This document shows, one piece after another, positions 1 to 9,900 of a stretch of 64,000 nt of DNA. The notes beneath the pieces are model-generated. The model saw only the letters and a program-made list of their open reading frames with translations, had not been told where the DNA came from and searched no databases. Position 1 is the first letter of the stretch, and each line of letters begins with the position of its first letter. Position numbers and translations under genes: made by a program. The DNA comes from Macrostomum lignano (taxonomy: Eukaryota): NCBI GenBank assembly GCA_002269645.1, contig NIVC01000544.1:1-64000 (forward strand), read 5' to 3'.

Positions 1-859
1 CTTTATATTTGCAGTTATTTAAGCATTAAACATTCCAATTTTGTAACGGAGAGCTTTATCACTTGTGACTTTTCGAAATCGAATATTTCATCAATCAAAA
101 GTATTCGAAATCTTTCTAGTTCCGAACGGAAACATTTATTTCTTCAAAAAGTATAACAAATATACTTTTGAATACCGCATCCAAAGTCTGAAGTAGATTT
201 TTCTAAGGATTTATGTACGCTGTTTAATATAATTTTACAAATTCTTGCACCTTTGAGCGTTCGATCACGTGTTGAGTCTAGTATTTTTCAACGTTCATTT
301 CAAGCAAAAATTAAGAAATTAAGGAATCCAGGTCTTGTCTTTATAATGTTTATCATGATTTTTGTCAGTGTAGTGTACGGGTGTGCTGCTGTTGTTTGAC
401 TTTGTCAGCAGGTCCTACAATAATCACACTGTGACGGCTGTACTGTAGTTATTCGGACGTTCAGACAGCATTCTGAACACCAAATATGCACCTTTTAATG
501 ATAAAAACCATTTTTCGAGTCAAATCTAGTTATGCTGCTGCAGTATTTAATATGGCAATATATCACTTGACAAAGTTACCTGAACTGTAAAAACTAGACC
601 AGACCAGTTTTCATTAGAAATGTATGTTCTTAGGCCTAAGTTAAGTTGATAATGAGAAAATTAATTAGCACTGATTGGAAAATTTTGATAGGCCTAGGGC
701 TAGGCCTAAAAAACTTAAAAAAGGCTTTACATCCACCCAATGCTTTTTTAACAGGCCTACCAATTTATTTGCATGGCTTTTGGGTTAAATATAGTAATGG
801 CCTATATAACTTCTAAACTAAAGTATACCATGATTATAGAATTTATAGTTTGTACTTTG

Positions 860-1192
860 CAGGGTGTAGCCATTAGCCAAGGGGGGACACTGGGATATGT
901 CCCCCCTGGCTAGAAGGGGAAATTTTTTAAATGCCTTTATATTTTGCTTCCATCACTTCTATTAGAGATAAATTGTCTTCTCTCCTCCCCCCTAATGTGG
1001 TAGGCCTATCCAGTTGTGGTATCCAGTCAATTTGGCGACAAGACAATCTGGTAACAGACGATCTAGCAATAGCCTAGTCAATCTGGTAACAGACAATCCA
1101 GTGACAGTCAATCCAGCGAACTGTCTGTCACTAGATCGTCTTGTTGCCAGACTGTCTGGAAGCCCCCTAATGTGAATCCTGGCTACATGCCT
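860..1192. mobile_element. Degenerate MITE-like element with an internal hairpin
   Basis: Imperfect terminal inverted repeats CAGGGTGTAGCCA (860) and TGGCTACATGCCT (1180-1192). Internal inverted pair CTGGTAACAGACGATCTAG / CTAGATCGTCTTGTTGCCAG (about 1048-1150). No clear TSD. Confidence 0.35.
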
Positions 1193-1879
1193 AATAGTTT
1201 AGTATGTTATATAATTAATAAATAATTTCATAAGTAGGGGCATAGGCATAGGCTAACATAGATAGGCATAGGGCAAATGCAATAGATTTATAACTCAAAT
1301 AGTCACAGAACTTAAACATTTTTCTATACTATCAAAACCATGGCTAGTTTCTTATCTGCACTTACAACCATTGTTTTTATAGCTTTTCATTTATAGGCCT
1401 AGGTTTATACCCATTCACTATACTCGGCCTAGTTTTGTTTTCAGTTTTATTAATAATAGTTGATAATTGTAATTGATAATTGTACTAGCCTGTACTCATA
1501 TTGTTTAGTCTATATTTGCCTATTTCTGTCTGCCTAATAATATTGATTGTAGTTTTATATAGTTCTTGCTATAATTTACACTAAAAAATAGTTAAATAGT
1601 AGGCCTAGCCATGTTAAGCTTGTGCAAAAATTAGAAACAATTTTATTTTTGTTTTACTACACAAAATATTGGTGATAATTATTTTTTGTTATAAATGCAC
1701 CCCTTCAGGACCCTATATATATGAGCAAATTTCTTCCTAAATAAATCAGTTATTTTGTTTTTATCTACAAACTCGCATTCACATTCTTAGACCTTTAAAA
1801 ATCTTTTGAAAGGAGTTATCAAGTTAGTTATTTCCTTTCTTATATCCTAAAAATGAGTTGTTTGTATGTATGTATATGG

Positions 1880-2420
1880 GTATGCAATTGATTAGAGAAA
1901 AAATGGCTCAACTGATTTTCTTCAAACTTGCACCATTCAATCAGAAATTTTCCAAGGATGGTATATGCATCTTGGCTAAGAAATTGCTTAATGTTATAGG
2001 GATTAAATATTCGAAAAAACTTGCTTTTTTGCAAAGGTCAAGCAAAATTTTCAACTTGAAATGCATTGTAAGAATGCTAGAAAAAACTGACTGACTGAAT
2101 TGAATTTTGATTCTGACAGATTACATCACAACAAGTTGAAAACAGTGTTGAAGAAATGTGCACAAGACTTGATTGAAATTATGTAACCATATTGCTAACT
2201 TAAATTGAGACTGATACTGGCTGACTAAGAAATTGATTATGTTATATTAACTTTTTATTCTAACCAACTTGCTGTAAGTATTGAATTATAAGGGCCACAA
2301 TTCAAGTTCCCCAATTGAAAAGAGATAGCCTAGATGCGAACAGACTGAACTACTAATGTAGTGACCTGGGTTTGAATCTTAATAGTGCAAAATAATATTT
2401 TTATTGAAACACCTTAAAAC
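1880..2420 (+). repeat. Diverged ~540-bp duplicated segment, copy 1
   Basis: Aligns by eye to 3225-3790. Shared blocks include GATGGTATATGCAT..GGCTAAGAAATTGCTT, TTCAACTTGAAATGCATTGTAAGAATGCTAGA and CTAATGTAGTGACCTGG. Confidence 0.8.
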
Positions 2421-2429
2421 ACAAAATGC

Positions 2430-2700
2430 TAAACATTAAAGAGCCACTGTGCCAAACATAAAAGAGCCACCATGTCGAAGATTAAAGAGCCACAATGTTG
2501 AATATTAAAGAGCCATGTCAAACAATAAAGAGCCACCATGTAAAACATATGTGACTCTATGCCAAACATATATGTGACCATGTCAAACATAAAAGCCACC
2601 ATGTCAAACATAAAATAGTCACCATTTCAAACATAAAAGAGACACCATTTCAAATGTACTCGTAAAAAGCAGCTTCATGCCAAAAATAAAGGAGCCACTA
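2430..2700. repeat. Minisatellite, ~21-22 bp (AAAGAGCCACCATGTCAAACAT)n, degenerate
   Basis: Visible tandem units. Confidence 0.75.
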
Positions 2701-2744
2701 CAAAGCAAAAGATATTGGTCTTTTGATAGCTACTTGTTGTCTTG

Positions 2745-3170
2745 GTGGATGCTTGCTATTTAAGGATAGATTACTGCTATCTGGGGTAACTTAATATTGG
2801 AGGATGCTTGCTCTTGGAGTGGAGGGTGCTTTCTATCTGAGAGGGCATTGCTATAGCTATCCATAAGGATTCTTTGTATACAGGGATGCTTGCTATGTGG
2901 GGGGATTCTTGCTATCTGGGGGATGCTTGATATTAGGGAGACAAAAGGCTTGCTCTCAGGGGGGGGGGTACTTGCTATCTTGGGGGGAGGGGTTGCTATG
3001 TGGGTGATGCTTGCTATCTGGAAGATGCTTCTTGCTATTGTATTTGGAGGTGCTTGCTATTGTATTTGGGAAGAGCTTGCTATCTGGGGGATGCTTGCTA
3101 TCTGGGGGATGCTTGCTATCTGGAGATGCTTGCATGCTGTCTGGGGATGCTTGCTATCTTGGGATGTTTT
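2745..3170. repeat. Minisatellite, ~18 bp core (GGGGGATGCTTGCTATCT)n
   Basis: Visible tandem units. The same family recurs at 4965-5420 and 6085-6150. Confidence 0.85.
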
Positions 3171-3224
3171 CTTTTTAGAGGAAATGTCTACTGTTTTTTT
3201 GTCTATTTGTTACTTGTAAAAGTA

Positions 3225-3790
3225 AAAATTGGCTAAACCAATTTTGTTTGAACCTGCACAGTTCAAGAGGAAATTTTTCTGTGATGGTATATGCATTGTG
3301 GCTAAGAAATTGCTTGATGCTAAAGGGATTAAAAAAACATGCTTTTTTGCTAAGGTCAAGCAGCTCTTTCAACTTGAAATGCATTGTAAGAATGCTAGAG
3401 AAAAAACTGACTGGTTGAATTCTGATTCTGAAATAGATTTATTTATTGTCTGTGTATATTGGCTGAATTTTGACACTGAATTGAATTGTGTCACAGTATT
3501 GAAAATGCAGTGTGGAAGCATAGCACAATACTTGATTATATTGCTAACTTTAATAGAGACTGGAACTGACTTGCCTGAGAAATTGATTATATCATAACTG
3601 CTTTGTGTGACTTTTACTCAATTGACTTGGTATGAGTGTTGAATTATAAGTCCTACAAATTCATTTATAAATTCAATGAGAGCTAGCCTAGATGTGAACA
3701 CATTGGACTGCTAATGTAGTGACCTGGTTTCAAATCTTAGTAGTATATTAAAAAATAAAAGTAGCATGATTTTTTTATTGAAAGCTTTCA
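3225..3790 (+). repeat. Diverged ~540-bp duplicated segment, copy 2
   Basis: Paralogous to 1880-2420. Confidence 0.8.
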
Positions 3791-3829
3791 TTAAAGGACT
3801 AATTAAAAAGACCTGGATTATGGTGCTTG

Positions 3830-4765
3830 CTAAACCAAGGATTATTGCACTTGATAAGCCAATGATTATTGCACTTGATAAGCCAATGATTATTGCACTT
3901 GATAAGCCAATGATTATTGCACTTGATAAACCAAGGATTACTGCACTTGATAAGCTAAGGATTACTGTGCTTGATAAACTAAGGATTACTGCACTTAATA
4001 AACCAAGGATTACTGCACTTGATAAGCTAAGGATTACTGTGCTTGATAAACTAAGGATTACTGCACTTAATAAACCAAGGATTATTGCACTTGATAAACT
4101 AATGACTATTGCACTTGATTACTGCGTTTGATAAACTAAGGATTATTGCACTTGATAAACCAAGGATTATTGCACTTGATAAACCAAGGATTACTGCACT
4201 TGATAAGCTAAGGATTACTGTGCTTGATAAACTAAGGATTACTGCACTTAATAAACCAAGGATTATTGCACTTGATAAGCCAAGGAATATTGCACTTGAT
4301 AAACTAATGACTATTGCACTTGATTACTGCGTTGATAAACTAAGGATTATTGCACTTATAAACCAAGGATTATGCACTTGATAAGCTAAGGATTACTGTG
4401 CTTGATAAACTAAGGATTACTGCACTTAATAAACTAAGGATTATTGCACTTGATAAACCAAGGAATATTGCACTTGATAAACTAATGACTATTGCACTTG
4501 ATTACTGCTTTGATAAACTAAGGATTATTGCACTTCATAAACTAAGGATTATTGCACTTGATAAACCAAGGATTACTGCACTTGATAAGCTAAGGATTAC
4601 TGTGCTTGATAAACTAAGGATTACTGCACTTAATAAACCAAGGATTATTGCACTTGATAAGCCAAGGAATATTGCACTTGATAAACTAATGACTATTGCA
4701 CTTGATTACTGCATTTGATAAACTAAGGATTATTGCACTTGATAAACCAAGGATTACTGCACTAG
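3830..4765. repeat. 24-bp minisatellite (GCACTTGATAAACCAAGGATTATT)n
   Basis: About 930 bp of tandem 24-mers. Explains the repetitive ALDKPRII ORFs. Confidence 0.95.
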
Positions 4766-4964
4766 ATTAGAAAAGGCTATTGCACTAGCTGAGACATCAA
4801 TTTTTGGTCTTGATGAGTAAAAGATTATTGCACTAGCTGAGAAGCTGATAATTGCACTGTCTAAAAAAGAGATTATTGCGCTCGCTAAGACATGGATTGT
4901 TGCACAACCTGAGAAAGTAATTATTGCATTAGCAGAAGTAACATTTGCACTAGCTACTTGCTTT

Positions 4965-6150
4965 CTTGTGGATGCTTGCTATCTGGAGGATGCTTGCTCT
5001 CAAGGGGGGGGGTACTTGCTATTTGGGAGGGGGGTACTGGCTACATGTATGGGATTCTTTCTGTCTAGGGATGCTTGCTATCTGGGTGGATGCTTCTATA
5101 ATATCTGGGAGGTGCTTGCTATCTGCAGGATGCTTCTATAATATCTGGGGGGTGCTTGCTATATGCAGGATGCTTGCTATCTGGATGGATGCTTCAACAA
5201 TATCTGGGGGATGCTTGCTATCTGCAGAATGCTTGCTATCTGGGTGAATGCTTCTATCTGGGGGATGCTTGCTATCTGCAGGATGCTTGCAATCTGGATA
5301 GATGCTTCTATCTGGGGGATGCTTGCTGTCTATAGATGTTTGCTATCTGGGATGATGCTTGCTATCTGGGGGATGCTTGCTATTTGCAGATGCTTGCCAT
5401 CTAGGGTGATGCTTGCTATGAGCATTAGGGGCAGTGGTCGTGGCGGTGGCGCGAATTCGCGCCGACGCGAAAATGGCGCGAATACGCGAATTTTTCGAGG
5501 CTGGCGCGAAAAATTCGGATGGCTAATGGCGCGAAAATTTAGGGAAAAAATCCCCCTTTTTCGCCATTCGCCATAGTAGTCCTTAATATGCATGTTACTT
5601 TTACTTACTTTTACTTAATGACGACTTTAGTCGTCACTTTTCTTGTCTTGCAGCTATGTACAAATAGCTGCAAGATATTTTGTACCTATGTATAATCTAC
5701 TTATACCTACTTATATCTACTTATATCTACTTATACCTATGTACAAATACCATTTTGTTTAATATCACTACATACCAGTCATTAAATACACGAAATGTTT
5801 CCCTAATGTGAAGTTGGTTCAATATGTTTGAATTCAAATTGTAGGAGCAAAACAAAATTCATTATTGCACTTTGACTATGACTTACACAGTTACACTGTC
5901 TGTTTAATTTTACAATCAAAACAATATTTGTGTTGCAAACTTATCTGTACCGCAGTTAGCATAAATTCTTATAATCAAAGTTGGGTATTCTTAGCTGGCA
6001 TATACATGTAGATACCTATGGCGCGAAAAAATTTGGGTGGCGCGAAAATTTAGAAGGAGACCCGCCACGACCACTGATTAGGGGATGCTTGCTATCTGCG
6101 GTTGCTTGCTTTTGGAGGGGGTGCTTGCTATCTTGGGGGATGCTTGCTGT
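4965..6150. repeat. GATGCTTGCTATCT minisatellite interrupted by a hAT MITE
   Basis: Units at 4965-5420 resume at 6085-6150 after the insertion. Confidence 0.85.
5432..6076. mobile_element. Non-autonomous hAT-type DNA transposon (MITE), 645 bp
   Basis: Perfect 15-bp TIRs CAGTGGTCGTGGCGG / CCGCCACGACCACTG. 8-bp TSD ATTAGGGG at 5424-5431 and 6077-6084. Subterminal GGCGCGAA motifs at both ends. An 8-bp TSD with CAG termini is typical of hAT. Confidence 0.9.
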
Positions 6151-6909
6151 CTTGGGAATATTTTCTATTTAAGGGGACCTATACTAAAAGTGATTCATAG
6201 CAAACATCTTTGTCTGTGTCAATTTTACACAAAAGTGATTTTTAAAAGTGAAGAAGGAATTGGTTCTTAAGAAAATGTGCTTTTTTAATTGCTTTTTTCC
6301 ATGAACTATTTTTGCTCCTTTCTTATTGGGCACCCCGAAGGGGGGCCGCACTAGATTGCTAGCTAGTATATTACATAAAATTGACTTATGAAAAGTAATA
6401 AAAATAACTAGATTTTTTGTATAACTGTTTTTAACTCTAATAGCAATTTGGTAGAGCTAGCTTATACTTTGACAATAGCAGCAAAGCATTAGTAATAAAA
6501 CTGCTAGCAATCATGCTAAAGAAGTAAGTGCCTTGATACTGGGATAAAACCAAAAGATCATAGTAATTAAGAAATAAATTCTTGTTTTTCCCTTTTTGTC
6601 TATTTAATATGGTAGGAAAGAAAGCATAATTTATCATGTTTTCTACTCATTGGCACTTGTTTTGCCATTTTGGTAGTATTTTCTCAAATAGCCATAATAT
6701 GTGCATACAAATTTTCTATATATCTAATTACAATTACATTGAAATGCTAATATGTAATTGTAGCATACATGTCATTATTTTCTGCACTTTTCTGCAAATT
6801 AAATTTGATCATGCAAAGCCAAGTGCTTTGACTTCTAGAAATGATTGAATTTTAATAATTTCTGTCTCGTTTATTTAGAAATATTTTTGTGTGCTTTATT
6901 AGCCAAACA

Positions 6910-9900
6910 ATGGAAATGGGACAACAGGAGCAACAGGCTGCAGCGTCAGATGCTGAGGCTAAAGGTGCAATGTCTCTAATTAGATCTTTGTTTAACTGCG
7001 TAAATCGAACCGATGATCAACAAACAGACAGTGGCGTCAATCATGCAAGTTATAATTCAACAATCATCAACAACATTAGCAACCAGCAACAGGCTATTCA
7101 AGTTGAGCCAGTGATTTTTGGCGCCAATTTACATTCTAGCGATCCAAATAATATTAGATGTCTGCCAGAACCCCTGCGTCAATTATTGGTCAGATTGGCC
7201 AGAGATTTTGCCAGCGTGCCAGATCTTTTTCGCAGACCAGGAAATCCTGGTGATGTAAAACGCATCATACACTGCATGACCCGGGGTGTCTGCGTCGATC
7301 TAGAAGGCGACTGTTGCGGTGTCAGCCATTTCACTTTGGCTAACGTTGCTAAGAAATTTCTATTAGCTCTGCCTGACGGTCTGTTTGGCAGCGATGGAGA
7401 AGCTGTCCTGTTGTCTGTTGATGACCTGACAGATGCCGAGGATCAGATAACAACTGTGCGACAGTAAGTGAACTCGGGATAATTCACATGTAGATGTTCT
7501 ATCATTGAAACTCCCCAAAAGCCCACTCCCCATCGAGAATCCTCATCATCCAGAATCACCCCGATTCTCATCATCCAGAATCGCCCCAATCCTTATTATC
7601 CAGAATCGCCCCGATCCTCATCCAGAATCTCCCCTATCCTCATCATCCAGAATCGCCCCAATCCTCATCATCCAGAATCGGGCCAATCCTCATCATCCAG
7701 AATCGCCCCAATCCTCATCATCCAGAATCGGGCCAATCCTCATCATCCAGAATCGCCCCAATCCTCATCATTCAGAATCGCCCCAATCCTTATCATCCAA
7801 AATCTCCCCAATCCTCATCAAGAATCGCCCCAATCCTCATTCAGAATCGCCCCAATCCTCATTCAGAATCGCCCCAATCCTCATCATCCAGAATCGCCCC
7901 AATCCTCATCCAGAATCGGGCCAATCCTCATCATCCAGAATCGGGCCAATCCTTATCATCCAGAATCGCCCCAATCCTCATCATCCAGAATCGCCCCAAT
8001 CCTCATTCAGAATCGCCCCAATCCTCATCCAGAATCGCCCCAATCCTCATCCAGAATCGGGCCAATCCTCATCATCCAGAATCGGGCCAATCCTCATCAT
8101 CCAGAATCGCCCCAATCCTCATTCAGAATCGCATCAATCCTCATCCAGAATCGGGCCAATCCTCATCATCCAGAATAGCCCCAATCCTCATCATTCAGAA
8201 TCGCCCCAATCCTCATTCAGAATCGCCCCAATCCTCATTCAGAATCGCCCCAATCCTCATTCAGAATCGCCCCAATCCTCATTCAGAATCGCCCCAATCC
8301 TCATCCAGAATCGCCCCAATCCTCATTCAGAATCGCCCCAATCCTCATCCAGAATCGGGTCAATCCTCATCAACAATCGCCCCTATCATCATCCAGAATC
8401 GCCCCTATCATCATCCAGAATCGCCCCTATCATCATTCAGAATCGCCCCAATCCTCATCAACAATCGCCCCAATCGTCATTCAGAATCGCCCCAATCCTC
8501 ATCTCCCAAAATCCAGTACAGTTCGCAGCTAATTTAGAAACAATGGCAACACAAAAGCCGAAGGAAGTTCATTCTGCTTAAAGCACTTGTACAGTGCAGC
8601 TTCTCTGCGCATGCTTGCTTGTTAAGCAGAGAAGTTATAGCTAGCTTTTTGCGTGTTTCCGAGAAACAAATTTTAAACATTACGATTGCGAACCAACTAA
8701 CATAAGTCAGCGAATGCATGGCTACATCCATGTTATTAATTTCTAAGCCACACCGCTTCTACGTGTCTACACTAACAGGGCTTAACGTTGCACGCCTGTT
8801 AGATGAATTTCTCTCCACTCTATCGGTCGGCGGTCGGTCTCTTAGCTAGCCAAGAGTATAGAGGGCGCATTGGGTTGTTTTTAAGCCTCTACTAACTTAT
8901 AAACCCCCGGCAGGATACTGATCTGCGTGCGATACCGAACACGTACAGATTAATGTTTTAAATTTAACATTAGACTGTTTGTGGCGCAGCTCATTTATAT
9001 TAAGTGTTTATTTGATTGGTTGCAGGCTAATCGCATATGGACTTTATTAACAATTATTATTTATTGTTTTTTTCTCGCTAATGTTTTATGATTTATTGCA
9101 AAATTTTCGTCCTAGACCTAGTCCTATTTTTTCCATGTCTCAATTTCAGTCATAACCCTTATGATTATATTCTCCCAATTGTCATAAACGTATTCTGATC
9201 ATATTCTCCCAATGGTCATAACCCTATTCTGATCATACTCTCCCAATGCTCATAAACGTATTCGGATCATATTCTCCCAATTGTCATAACCCTATTCTGA
9301 TTATATTCTCCCATTGGTCATAACCCTATTCTGATCATACTCTCCCAATGGTCATAACCCTATTCTGATCATATTCTCCCAATGGTCATAACCCTATTCT
9401 GATCATATTCTCCCAATGGTCATAACCCTATTCTGATAATAATTCGCAATGATTTTATAAGTCAATCTTTAAGTCCACTGTCTGATCTCTCGCTTCTCCC
9501 CTCCCAGAGTGCTGGATGCGCTGCCTCTTGCGTCATGGCAACTGGTCGCTCTCTGCTTCGGCCTGTGGCACCGCATGGCCACCCAATCGCTGGTGCCTCA
9601 GCCTGCAGCACTCGAGGCCGTAGCTAAAAGCGTTGCTGGTAGCGTGTTTCACACCTGCGCCCACCATCCTCTAAAGGTTAGTTTGTTTGTAATAGCGGTA
9701 ATTATAATAGGTCAATCATTAGCTGGGCTCTTGATATATTGGTGGACAGAGCTGGTCTGCTAGCATATGGTGTACTTTAGATGTACGTTGCAGGGAGACT
9801 GATCAGATGTACATTGAGGGTAGGAAGGGAGACTGATCAGATGTACATTAGGGGTTGGAAGTGGGACTGATCAGATGTACATTTGGGGTGGGAAAGGTGA

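Noticed and set aside
157-399. Open frame without ATG at the window start
   Set aside because: No start codon or splice support, and no recognisable similarity.
1858-3597. Paralogous short ORFs in the duplicated segment (MAQLIFFK.. / MAKPILFE..)
   Set aside because: The reading frame is not conserved between copies, there is no domain match, and the sequence is CpG-decayed repeat.
3766-4718. ALDKPRII repeat protein
   Set aside because: A 24-bp array with frameshifts between segments and no splice or start context.
7505-8581. 358-aa Pro/Ser-rich ORF
   Set aside because: Translation of a 22/25-bp intronic minisatellite inside the RhoGAP intron.
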